33,000 nucleotides of DNA from Octopus sinensis (Eukaryota): positions 54,033,001 to 54,066,000 of the forward strand of contig NC_043004.1 in the NCBI RefSeq assembly GCF_006345805.1, in the 5' to 3' direction. Shown piece by piece: positions 1-11,214 of this stretch. The stretch's first letter is position 1; each line of letters starts with the position of its first letter. Made by a program: the position numbers and the translations under genes. Under the pieces are notes generated by a model, which saw only the letters and a list, made by a program, of their open reading frames with translations, did no database searches and was not told the DNA's origin.

Positions 1-537
1 CTCGTCAACGTCATCATGGTCATCGTTGTCATCTTCATCAACATCCGCATCCATTTCCTCCTTCTCATCCTGCTCATCCTCATCCTCATCCTCATCCTCA
101 TCATCATCACCATCATCATCATCATCGCTACTACTACCACAGCCACCGATGCAATCGCTACCACAGCCACGAGTATCACCGAAACCACCACAAGCAGTAT
201 GATGATGATGATGACGACGACGACGTCGACGATGGTGATGATGATAATGATGATGATGACGACGACGATCATCATCAACATCATCATTATCCTCATGACG
301 ACGACGCGACTTTTCACACGAGAGTGGTGGCTTTGGCGTTGGTGCCGCTGGTGGCGATGGCAGGGTTGGTGCCAGTGGCGGAGGTGGTGCTGGCACCAGG
401 GACGACGTCATCGGTAGTGGTGGCTGTAACGTTTGGCGACGCTGATGATCATGGCGATGACGACGAGACCCAGGCGGATGGTGCGTATCATTGTCGTCTA
501 TTGTCATGTTTCCTATTCTGGTAATCGGAATGTATGG
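1..537 (-). CDS. Probable coding exon of a host gene, low-complexity protein; open to the window edge
   Basis: Hand translation of the minus frame 537->1 has no stop for 179 codons: ...NMTIDDNDTHHPPGSRRHRHDHQRRQTLQPPLPMTSSLVPAPPPPLAPTLPSPPAAPTPKPPLSCEKSRRRHEDNDDVDDDRRRHHHHYHHHHRRRRRRHHHHHTACGGFGDTRGCGSDCIGGCGSSSDDDDDGDDDEDEDEDEDEQDEKEEMDADVDEDDNDDHDDVDE. In-frame ATG at 507-505, upstream TAG at 540-538. GC/CpG content is visibly higher than the flank. No recognisable domain. Confidence 0.55.
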
Positions 538-769
538 CTAACTTTACGTCACACATCATGTGATCACATCGATTTTAATGCACTTTTAAATGGAGGCATG
601 TGAGATTTTGAGTGCAACACATTAAGGACAGTAATGTAATTTCACACAGCTTAGTTTACAGTCGTTCATTGACTGTCAAAAGAATCATGACAATACTTCC
701 GGTAACAGGATTGAATGTTTGAGAAGTTGACAGAGATAGCTTTAAACACACAGGAATGCACACGGCTTC

Positions 770-1330
770 ACACATACACGCACACATACACGCACTCATA
801 CATACATATATACATATATATATATACGTATATGTGTATGCATGTATAAATGTGTGTGAGTGTATATATATATATACAGTGCGTGTGGGTATACACATAT
901 ACAAATACACATATGTATATGTGTGTGTGTGTGTTTGTGTGTGAATACGTGTGTTTGTATATTTGCGTATATCTATATATGTATATCTACATACATATGT
1001 ATATCTACATACATATACACATAAAAAGTCAACATTTAAACGTATGTACGTATATATATATATATATATGCGTGTGTGTGCGTGTGTGTGTTTCCTTTCA
1101 TTTGTGCATGTATATACATATATCGCATAATATACACACACACATACACACACAAACACACACATACATATATATATATATATCTTGCATAATATACATA
1201 TATGTGTATGTCAATACATACACACACTTATATACTTCTACATATATTTGCATGTGTATATGTATATGTATATATCTCTGGGTATATATGTACATACACA
1301 CTCATACATAGTTACACAAAAACACGTGAT
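770..1330. repeat. Compound degenerate (TA)/(CA)/(TG) microsatellite block
   Basis: Directly visible dinucleotide runs; source of the YIYI/THTH/CVCV ORFs. Confidence 0.95.
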
Positions 1331-1723
1331 ATATGTATACATATGTAAATGCAAACAACATACCCACCGGGGAATAGAGTGTCTTGTCTAAAAAAATTAA
1401 GCGGCAGCCATCATAAATTATGTCGAACTGAAAATATTAAATAACAGGACAACAGCAGGGAGATGCGTGACTGCAAGTAGATGGAAATATGTTTCACTGC
1501 TATCATAATGGCATCATTGCAAGGAACAACTCCCCACAAAAAAAAAAAAAACGGGACGTAAAGGTAGGAATGGATCATGATAGAAATTTGGCAACTGACT
1601 GAGAAAGGATAGAGTACTGGTATTTGCAATGTCATGTGTGTATGCGTGTGTATGCGTGTGTGTGTGTGTGTGTGCCAAACGAAAGTGAAAGTTAGTCAAC
1701 ACATTTAGTTGGAATTGTATATA

Positions 1724-2121
1724 TCTTTATATATAAAAGTGAAGTTGTGTGTCTGTCTCCTATGATTTAGATTCCTAACTACTCCCACATTTTGCGGTGC
1801 AGTTTAACCAAAACCGGGTATCTTATAGTCGTGATTCACATCGAGCCCTTCTGGGTATTAGCGCGCGTCTACGATGAGTCTACGATTTAAAAAAAAATTT
1901 ACCATCATTTTTTTCCATTTTAATGCATTTTTTTCGCTATTATATAAGGGAAGTAAATCTCTAAAAATGTCTACGATGAGTCAACGATTTTTTAAAAAGT
2001 TTACTATCATTATTTTTCCATTTTTAATGCATTTTTTGCTATTTTTTGGCTATAACTCTCTAAAAATGCTTATATAGTTATTTCCCTTACAGACCCGAGC
2101 AACGCCAGGCGATACTGCTAG
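1724..2121 (+). mobile_element. Non-autonomous Helitron (copy A)
   Basis: Begins TC (1724), ends CTAG (2118-2121), sits between A and T with no TSD; subterminal GC hairpin CCCGAGCAACGCCAGG; homologous to copies at 25362-25667 and 29659-30052. Confidence 0.8.
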
Positions 2122-2976
2122 TGTTATGTAAAACAATAGCATTCGGCTCCGTGTGACAGAGTTTCGTGGGTTTCTAACAGGCAACTTACTCCTTCGGGTT
2201 TCAATTACCGAATGGAGAAATAAATGAAGTACCGTTTAAGTACTGGAAAATTGGCTGATATTGGTCATGCGGGAGTGCACAGTATTACTGAAATTGAAAT
2301 CAGGTTTTCAGTGACACAAGATGCATTTGAAAGGAAAAATTCTTTAACTGCGTGGCTGATGGCGTCTTTGATCGGAAGCTGGTGGAAGACACTTGGAAGC
2401 CAACAACAAGACCGGCGAGTGTATATCTTTGCATATGTCGCTGTGTTATTTGTCGTACGAGTGTGTTTATGTGTGCGTGCGAATACGTGGGTGTTAGTGC
2501 ACTCTGCATACGCATGCGTACACAAATATGAATAAGATGCATCTATAGGTGTATGTGCGTAACGACCGCGTTAGTGTGTCTGTAAGTGCATATATGCGTG
2601 CGTTAGTGATTATGTGTGTATATATATTATATGTATATGCTTCTCTGTGTATGTCTGCTTGTATGTGTGTGTGCGATTGTGTATGTATGTGTGTGTGTGT
2701 GTGTGTGTGTGTTTGTGTGTGCGCGTGTTGCAAACCCGTTCGCCAGACAGTAAGACTTCTTTTTAATGCATCTGATGTCGCTGATGGCTGAAATCACTTC
2801 TGGAAAACCTGGAAAACTTGGAACGCCCTGTATTTCCTTATTGGGGAATCTGAGCCTGAGCGAAGGAAATTTTCTTTTCGAAGCCTGCGAAGCTATAACT
2901 CGCAAAGAGCAGAAACTAACTGCATTAAATAATTGTGTGTGTATGTGTATATCTGTATATGTGTGTGGCTGTGTAT

Positions 2977-3140
2977 TCTTTTACTTGTTTCAGTCATTTA
3001 ACTGCGGCTTTGCTCAAGCACTGCCTTTAGTCGAAGAAATAGAACCCAGGAATTATTCTTTGTAAGCCTAGTACTTATTCTATCGGTCTTACTTGCCGAA
3101 CAGTTATCAAGTGATGGTAGGGGGACAAACACAAAACACA
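2977..3140 (-). mobile_element. 3' half of an abundant SINE-like repeat
   Basis: TTTTACTTGTTTCAGTCA...GCCTAGTACTTATTCTATCGGTC...GGGGGACAAACACA; homologous to 5843-5998. Confidence 0.65.
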
Positions 3141-3146
3141 AATATA

Positions 3147-3245
3147 TACACATACATACATACATACATACATACATACATACATACATACATACATACA
3201 TACATACATACATACATACATACATGCATACATACATACATACAT
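3147..3245. repeat. (TACA)n microsatellite, tail of the adjacent SINE
   Basis: Visible tetranucleotide array. Confidence 0.95.
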
Positions 3246-3556
3246 ATCACCATGATCACCGTGACCGACCAGGCTATTAGAGGTTGCTACACATCGCTGG
3301 TCACAATGCGCTTCGCATTGTTTTCGACTTCAAATGACTCCACCCTGCTGGCTAAGCGAGCAGGCCAACAGAAGACAGAGTGAGGGAAAGTTGTGGGGAA
3401 AGAGTACAACAGGGATCGCCACCACCCCCTGCCGGAGCCTCGTGGAGCTTTAGGTGTTTTCGATTAATAAACACTCAACGCTCGACCTGGGTATCGAAAC
3501 CGCGATCCTACAACCGCAAGTCCACTGCCCTAACCACTGGGCCATTGCACCCCCAC
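3246..3556 (-). mobile_element. tRNA-derived SINE
   Basis: Minus strand has A-box TGGCCCAGTGG and B-box-like GGTTTCGATACC; head and body shared with 29023-29371; ends in an (ATGT)n tail. Confidence 0.85.
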
Positions 3557-3639
3557 ATACATATATATATGTACAAATGTCTTGCCGCGACGGCTGCTAA
3601 CCATGAAAAGGCCGGCAGTCGCTCAGTTATTCACGTGTG

Positions 3640-3800
3640 AGGAGAAGAGAGAGGAAAAGAGGGACAGATGAAGAAAAAAAAAGGGGAACAAGTAACAAAG
3701 GAGGAGAAGAGAGAGAGAAAGAGAGAGAGAGAGAAAGAGACAGATCAAAGTGGAGTGCAAGTGTGAAAGGTAGAGAAATGTAGGAGAGGGGAGAGAGAGA
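3640..3800. repeat. (GA)-rich purine low-complexity tract
   Basis: Visible GAGA/GAAA runs. Confidence 0.85.
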
Positions 3801-4013
3801 GACAGTGTTATAGAGTCGTACCAAGTTTAAAGAAATATGTATGTACGAGGGGGCGTTCAATAAGTAATGCTCCTGACCCACTTGCATTTATATGATCTAG
3901 CTGAAATTTTGCATGTACAATTATTTATATCTTTATAGATTAAGTGGCAAATTACAGCTCTGAACTAATTGTGGTTTCTGATTTACAGGTGTTTGAACTG
4001 AGTCAAGTGTGAA

Positions 4014-5141
4014 ATGGAGCCTGTTGAGTGTCGAGCAGTGATCCGGTTTTTGTATTTGAAAGCACGCACACCACGGGAGACTTTTGATGAAATGAAAGTA
4101 ACTTATGGTGATGATGCCCCATCATATGACCTTGTAAAACGCTGGCATCGTGAATTCAAACATGGTCGGAACCCTGTGGAAACAGCTCCCAGATCTGGTC
4201 GCCCCCTTCTGCCATTGATGAGGCATCTGTCCGTCATGTTGAGGCTGCCATTTTGGAAGATCGACGCATGACTATTCGCCAAATAGCCCATGAGGTCAAG
4301 ATTAGTACCGGGTCTGTGGAAACTATCATTCATGACCATTTGCATATGCAAAAGGTGTCTGCCAGATGGATCCCAGATGACCTTGTAAAACGCTGATCCG
4401 GTTCTTGACAGAAGATTGAAGACTTCGAATGTCCCGTCCGTGTTTTTTGTATCGTCTTCTAAATGTTTTGCGTTCTTGTCGCAGCTTGTATTTTTTTACA
4501 TATACATATATGTGTGCCAAGAAGATGAGTCAAAATTTTGCAAAAGACTGATTACACAGGATGAAACCTGGGTCCATTACTATGATCCAGAGACCAAAGC
4601 CCAGTCAATGCAGTGGACACACCGTGACTCACCTCCTCCAAAGAAGGCAAGGGTGCAGCCCTCTGCTGGCAAGGTCATGCTCACAGTCTTCTGGGACCAG
4701 GACGGAGTACTAATGACAGATTTCCTGGCAAAGGGTGCCACAATTACATGAGCCTATTATGCTTCACTTTTGACGAAATTAAGAGAAGCTATCAAAATCA
4801 AGAGGCGGGGCAAGATCAGCAAAGGCATCTTCCTCTTGCAGGACAACGCTCCGGTTCACAACTCGCGTGTCGCCAGATCAGAAGCACAGGCGTGCGGCTA
4901 TGAACTCATCCCCCATCCCCCCTACTCTCCTGACCTTGCACCCTCTGATTTTCACCTCTTCCCAGCCTTGAAGTTGTTTTTGAAAGGAAAACGTTTCCCA
5001 GATGATGCAGCCTTGATTTCTGAAGTCACGTTGAGGTTGGAGGACCAAGCTGGGGTCTTCTACAAAAACGGTCTCCAGAGTTGCATCAAACGATGTGAGA
5101 AATGCGTAACTCTGGGTGGTTCCTATGTAGAAAAAGACTAA
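4014..5141 (+). pseudogene. Mariner transposase pseudogene
   Basis: N-terminal HTH region (MEPVECRAVIRFLYLK...), ...SARWIP, QDETWVHYYDPETKAQSMQW, QDNAPVH and HPPYSPDLAPSDFHLF with 34 residues between the last two catalytic Asp. Frameshift near 4205, deletion/insertion at 4377-4512, TGA at 4749-4751. Confidence 0.95.
4404..4512 (+). repeat. Foreign repeat fragment inserted in the mariner ORF
   Basis: 21-bp ATGTTTTGCGTTCTTGTCGCA (4463-4483) is the exact reverse complement of 32339-32359, with looser homology either side; ends in a TA/CA microsatellite tail. Confidence 0.75.
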
Positions 5142-5251
5142 TAAATGTGCCAAGTTTCGTTGCTCTACTGCTATGGGAAGTGGATCAGGGACATTACTTA
5201 TTGAACACCCCTCGTATATACATATATATATATACACACACACACACACAC

Positions 5252-5354
5252 CACAAGTGGCTATAGCAGAAGACTCTTATCGAAGATGTCACGCAGTAGG
5301 ACAGAAGCCTGAACCATGTGGTTGGGAAGCAAGCGTTTTACCACACAGACACGC
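5252..5354 (-). mobile_element. 5' fragment of a tRNA-derived SINE
   Basis: Minus strand GCGTGTCTGTGTGGTAAAACGCTTGCTTCCCAACCACATGGTTCAGG... is a degraded tRNA-like head followed by a CORE-like stretch. Confidence 0.6.
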
Positions 5355-5842
5355 TGTATGTATGTATGTATATATATAATTAACTACCATTCTTTTACGT
5401 TATACTATCACACATATATTATGAGAATATACATACATGCATATATATATATAATATATATACATGTATGTATATTTATATGTATATATTTGATATTATA
5501 ATGTGAAAGAATGGTAGTTAATTAGAAATGTTACTTATTTCCTATAAGTGTCAGCGAGTATGTATCATGTTATAGTAGATTCAAAGCGGGCATTAGTCCC
5601 ATAACTGATGTAAAAGCTCATAGTAATGACTTATACTTAAGAGACTATCTTAGTAGTGAAATTAATATAGTGTCATTACTACTAGTATTTATCTAATATT
5701 AATTTCGTCTCTCCTGATGTCGATATAACCTTCCGATTACAATAGATACTTATTGAAATGACGCAGTTGCCTAAGATTTATGATTTAGCATTCAAGTAGT
5801 TCAAAGCTTCGTTCGTCCTTATAATTTTTATTTTTGTTTATA

Positions 5843-5998
5843 TTTTACTTGTTCCAGTCACTGGACCGCAGTCAAATTGCGTCCAGCACTTATTATTTGA
5901 AGCCTAATACTTTATCGGGTTCCTTTGTAGAAGGGTGCAAACAAACCAGCACCGGTCGTCAAGCAGTGGTGGAGGCCAAACTCATACAGACACACATA
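5843..5998 (-). mobile_element. Degraded 3' half of SINE-like repeat
   Basis: Homologous to 2977-3140 (TTTTACTTGTTCCAGTCA..., GCCTAATACTTTATCGG). Confidence 0.6.
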
Positions 5999-6014
5999 TA
6001 GTAGCGGTCAGTAA

Positions 6015-6880
6015 GAATAAGTGTGTCGAAACTCTAAGAAGAAGCATCAAGGAACCCGTTTTCTCTACGCTCACGAACATGTCGTTTGGACAGGAGAACA
6101 GTGGTCGCAGGTTCATTTTAGCGATGAATCGAAAATTAATGAGATTGGTTCCGATGGTTGGATGTACGTCCGACGAGGAAGTGGCGAAAGGTTTATCTCA
6201 TGTATATGTGACGAAGACAGTGAAATATGGAGGAGGAAACGATGGAGAGTGATCTTTGCTGCTGTTCCTGGTCTGCTTATCTACTCGTCTACAAGGGAGT
6301 GTCAAAGCTGAAATCTACAAACAGATGCTTAAGCAGCATGTCCTTCCACATCTCCGATCCTCGTCAGTTCAATCTCCCATCTTCGTGCAGGACAACGCTC
6401 CTTGTCACACTGCGAAGAGAGTCAAAGATTTTTCTATTTCTTTATTACCCACAAGGGGCTAAACACAGAGGGAACAAACAAGGACAGACATAGGTGTTAA
6501 GTCGATTACATCGACCCCAGTTCGTAACTGGTACTTAATTTATCGACCCCGAAAGGATGAAAGGCAAAGTCGACCTCGGCGGAATTTGAACTCACAACGT
6601 AACGCAGACGAAATACCGCTAAGCATTTCGCCCGGCGTACTAACGATTCTGCCAGGTCGCCGCCTTAGTCAAAGATTTTTCGAGAGTCAAAGATTTTTCG
6701 AGCCAAGAAGTGATTGAGCTCATGGATTGGCCACCTCAAAGTCCCGCTCTCAACCCTATATAAAACGTCTGGGAGAATATTGGAGATGGGACGCGGAGGA
6801 GAAATCCAACGAACCAATGCGATCTCTGGGGATTATTGAAAAACGAATGGAACAATATTACGCCATCATTTTCATATAGT
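6015..6880 (+). pseudogene. Tc1-family (DD34E) transposase remnant, split by a SINE
   Basis: Translated pieces: W..EQWSQVHFSDESK, TVKYGGG, FVQDNAPCHTAKRVKDF, then after the SINE QEVIELMDWPPQSPALNPI*NVW. Removing the SINE and duplications gives 34 residues from the Asp of QDNA to the (now TAA) Glu position. Confidence 0.92.
6435..6666 (-). mobile_element. tRNA-derived SINE inserted in the Tc1 remnant
   Basis: Minus head AAGGCGGCGACCTGGCAGAATCGTTAG..., central GCCTTTCATCCTTTCGGGGTCGATAAATTAAGTACCAGT (resembles Meta-type central domain; assignment inferred); 15-bp TSD AGTCAAAGATTTTTC at 6420-6434 and 6667-6681. Confidence 0.9.
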
Positions 6881-7903
6881 AAAAGGCAAGTTTCGCGAAC
6901 ATGCTTGAGATTCTGAGTTCATATTCCGCTGTGGTCAACTCTCCCTTTCATTCCTTCCAGGTAGATAATACAAGTATCAGTTCAACACTGGAGTTGATAT
7001 AATCGAGTAACCCCATTCCTAAATTTCATTTCAGGTCTCGTGTCAACAGTTAGAAGGATGAAACATGTTTGTGAAAACATGATGATTGTAGGCTTGTTTT
7101 ACATGCTACATTTCTAGGCTAACTGCAAAGAAATGCATAATACGTAAAATATGGTGATCGTTGTTACATTTAGGCCAAAAATTTCGACATTTCCAGATGA
7201 TTTAATCTCTGTTCATTGTTGTATTACGTTGTAGGAAGCCCATTGTCTCTCTGGACGGAGACGTCTATGTTTCTGTAGAGTAAATTTCTATTTAAGTAAA
7301 TGTAGAATGCACTGGCCAACAAAGGCACATCGCTGTCAAACCGCGCTATGATGACATCAAACGCATCTCTGAGTTCAGGTGTTTTCGCCAGGCTCAATAT
7401 TACTCGAAGAACAGACCCTTTTTAGTAAACATACAGATATCTGTATCATAGTAATCTATGTCGTTTTATATCTTAGTGAGTTCTGGTGTAAAGATTAATG
7501 GTGATTTCGCGATAGAGGAATAACTTGAGATCATAACCAACAGAATAAAACCGAAGTCGTTTTATTATCAAATGTTATAAAACCAGCTAATTGGGTAATA
7601 CTGAATTTTATCATTTTGGGATGTTAATTGCTTAATCCCGCGGTTAAAGTTACTTCAGAGTTTATTATTAGTTAATCGGATCTCAGTTATTGTAAAATTA
7701 ATAAAACTTATTTAGTAAGGCTTTGGAGATTCTCCTCATGGTCTTTGAGGTTGAGATAGGTATACCTTTCAGATAAACATTCTAAACTTTGTGATATATG
7801 TCTTTAAGCTATTTTATAATCGGTGGAAATGCCGTTATCTGTGCTAAATGCTAATGCTAGCAGCATAGTGCACGCGCACGTGTGCGTGTATGATTATGTG
7901 TGT

Positions 7904-7904
<1 letters not shown>

Positions 7905-8001
<97 letters not shown>
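7905..8001. repeat. (GATA)n microsatellite
   Basis: Visible perfect array. Confidence 0.97.
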
Positions 8002-8473
8002 CATATGTACTGTATATATATAGATGGAATAATGGACGCACGTATGCATGCATATCTATATATCTATCTATCTATCTATTATGAAATTAATATTACAGCC
8101 ACTTATATATTTCGATATATTCCCATATCAGCACGATTGATAAAGCATCTCTGATAGCAAATGTTTATATATTTTTCCGATATATAACAATGTTGTGTTC
8201 AAAAGTAAATCCAGAGAAGAACGTTATATATTATGAAGAGACTCAGAAATTGTCAAGTGACAACATTAAGAAATGGGATACTTTTCAATACAACCTCCTG
8301 CTTCACATAGCGCTTACAATAGTAATAACATGTCCTTTCTTTACACTAACAAAACACTCTTCCAGTTCGTTTCTATAAGTAGCGTAATGCCTTAACTAGA
8401 ACATTGTTAATGTCTCTTTTTTTTTCTACTACCATTTATTTTCTCCTATATCCATGAGTTATAAACCTTCCCT

Positions 8474-8919
8474 GGATCTTTTCGGTTTGAACGGCAGTTT
8501 TTCACATAATTTCTAGGTAACTAAAAAATTTTAAACTTCATATACTGGTAGAATGTGTTTATAAAACATACTTTTCTCTTGGCTTTATTCAGAAAATTCT
8601 ATAGTTTGTAAGTTATTTGTTGTTTTTCTTCAATTTCTGCAATTTCAACCAATCACTGACGTCCATTGAGGTAAAAAAAATATTCTGTGTCGTATGAATA
8701 TGTCCCTCGTTTAAAAAAACAGATTGGGTTTATTTACATTTGTGAAGAAAAAAAATACCCTTCCCGCCACCCCTAACCCTAACTAACCCTAATTAACCCT
8801 AACTAACCCTAACCCTAAAACAGATTGAAATGCAATAGATCGATACTAGGGTCATAATTATGGGTGACAATTTCATATGACACTGCTAGAAAAAACTGCC
8901 GTTCAAACCGAAAAGATCC
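8474..8919. mobile_element. Non-autonomous DNA transposon (MITE), 8-bp TSD, Merlin-like or hAT-like
   Basis: 29-bp perfect TIR GGATCTTTTCGGTTTGAACGGCAGTTTTT; TSD CCTTCCCT at 8466-8473 and 8920-8927; internal CCCTAA repeats at 8771-8818. Confidence 0.92.
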
Positions 8920-9641
8920 CCTTCCCTCTGATTCATCAAAATTATATAGCTTTTTAAACAACCGAACTACAAGTAATGGCAAATGTATCTGTCAGTTAAA
9001 CCGTTAAAATCGTCCAAACCATTCTCGCTATGTTTTGCATAAGTAACTGTTTACAGTTTAGTGCCTCGACGGATTTCATTGCATTTAGATCCATTTTCTC
9101 ATTAGTTGGTTGTTGTTTACAAGCCTACATTAAAGAATAATTTATGTTAATTGGCAAATGGTTGATGAACCCCCGTCAGAGAGAAAGATGTGCGCGTGTG
9201 TGTGTGTGTGTGTGTCTGTCTGTGTGCGCGCGCGAGTGTGTGCGTGTGTGTCTATGTGTGGGCATGTATGCGTGCGTGTGTATGTGTGTATTTTAGCTTT
9301 ATTTTCCTTCCTGTTTCTTGTTAACGATTGGTTTCACGTTCACTATAAGTTTCTAAATTCTCATAACGTAAACAATATATATATACACCATATGTATGTG
9401 TGGACGTGTGTGTATGCTTGTATAATTGTCTCATTCGTTCCAGTGCATACAACTGGACGTACAAATAGATAGTAGATAGGCATAGGCATACAAAGATACA
9501 CACCATACGAACATACAAATAAATAAATAGGAAGTGAGGTAGCTTGCTAAGTAGATAGACATACAGACAGACAGATAGATGGACTGATTGAGTGATTGAT
9601 TAATACATAGATGCTGAATAGCTTGCATGTGAATATATATA

Positions 9642-9644
<3 letters not shown>

Positions 9645-9724
<80 letters not shown>
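9645..9724. repeat. (TA)n microsatellite
   Basis: Visible perfect array. Confidence 0.97.
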
Positions 9725-9727
<3 letters not shown>

Positions 9728-11098
9728 ATTCTTCCTCTATCTTATTTGAGGTCCGCATCGTTTTTTTTGAGCAGTTCTTTCTATTCGTTTTGTAATAAAT
9801 ATTTATATCAATGCGTGTTGCTAGATGCACGATTTAGTCTCTATAAGTTCAAGTGTAATATTTCTACGTGTGTTTGAATAGGGGAGCCAAAATATGTTCA
9901 CGTATGCGTGTGTACACATGCATTCGAATGTGTGGGTGCATACATATGAGGACGTTTACACGTACGTTTTTGTGTGTAAAGTATTTCCTTTATGCAAGTG
10001 TGTTGATGTGCATGTGACGTCAGCTTGCCTATATGTGTGTGTGTGTGTATGTGTGCGTGTGTGTGCGTGAGTGTGTAGGTATACACATGTGCAGAAGTGA
10101 AAATGTGATTGCACAAGAAGCATAATTTTTCAGCTACTGACTACTATAAAGTCGCTAGAAGACATGATCCTACGCACGCCTTCGTCGGTGTATCCTTTGA
10201 AACAAACTTTCGAGAATCATGAAAGCAAAACCATCTCAGAACATGCACCAGGCAACAAAACCATGAAGCCACAAACCACGGCAACACTAACAAGATCAGC
10301 AACGAGGAAAACAACAAACACCAGCAGCAACATCAACAAGGCTGACAACGACACCAACAACTCCTCCACAAATCAAGAGAAAAAAATAAAAGCAACAGGA
10401 ATACTGTGAAACATAAAATAGCCCTACAAGAGGATCAAACGATAAAGTGATAAAGTGATAAAAATTCCTTAAATCAAAGGAAAGCGTGAAATTTGTTAGT
10501 GGCAGTCATCTTTGATATTTTTTCGCTAAGTGTAGCAAAGTATCGTGTCGATCGGTATATAAGGCGAAAGATAAAAAGTAAGACATTGATTTGTTCAGTT
10601 TTACTGAGAAAGGGTGGCGGTTGGAGTAGTTTCAACAGAGTCCTTTTATCAGACGTTAGGGCTGGGATTTTGTATATGGAAGACATTATGCTTTTTAAAC
10701 TGATAACCTTAGTGATACGATTCAATAAAATCGTTTTGTCAATAATATAGCAAAACCTCTTATTGGATCTAGCGTCTCCAGTTTTGTATCCAAAAACGCA
10801 AAAAGGCATATATGCGTATCCAGTCATATGCTTACATATTAATATTGTCGATAACTTTAAACATATACTTCAAAAGACGCATTTATATCCATATGTTTTT
10901 ATGTGTGCGCATGTTTGTGAGTGTGTGTGTGTGTGTGCATGTGTGTGTGTGTACGTACATGTAAATGCATTAGTATGCATAAACATAGACATATATACAA
11001 ATGTCCTAGATGTATATATATTTTTTAGTTCTGAGTAGCTCTGTCTTCTGTAAAAGACACGCTCATAAATTTACACACATATATGAGTATATACACAT

Positions 11099-11100
<2 letters not shown>

Positions 11101-11188
<88 letters not shown>

Positions 11189-11214
11189 ACATATATATAT
11201 ATATATATATATAT
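11101..11214. repeat. (AC)n then (AT)n microsatellite
   Basis: Visible arrays. Confidence 0.97.

Larger units (their letters stand above)
3846..5214 (+). mobile_element. Full-length mariner DNA transposon (DD34D; TIR resembles Hsmar2/irritans type), inactive
   Basis: TIRs CGAGGGGGCGTTCAATAAGTAATGCTCCTGACCCACTT (from 3846) and reverse complement CGAGGGGTGTTCAATAAGTAATGTCCCTGATCCACTT (ending 5214), both flanked by TA; transposase motifs inside. Confidence 0.97.

Noticed and set aside
16-417. Plus-strand 133-aa hydrophobic ORF
   Set aside because: It is the antisense reading of the trinucleotide-rich minus frame, which gives a much more protein-like sequence.
656-1391. Several long ORFs (YIYI/THTH/CVCV) here and at 18063-19167, 27269-27767 and elsewhere
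   Set aside because: They are translations of dinucleotide and tetranucleotide microsatellites, which lack stops in some frames.
2330-2830. Short shared words (GCTGATGGC, CTTGGAA) between about 2355-2400 and 2780-2826, and the overlapping ORFs
   Set aside because: Matches are too short to exclude chance and no domain or convincing splice pair was found.
10164-10827. ORFs 10164-10409 (+) and 10474-10827 (-) in unique-looking DNA
   Set aside because: No recognisable motif; the first is (CAA)-biased low complexity. Cannot support coding status without expression data.
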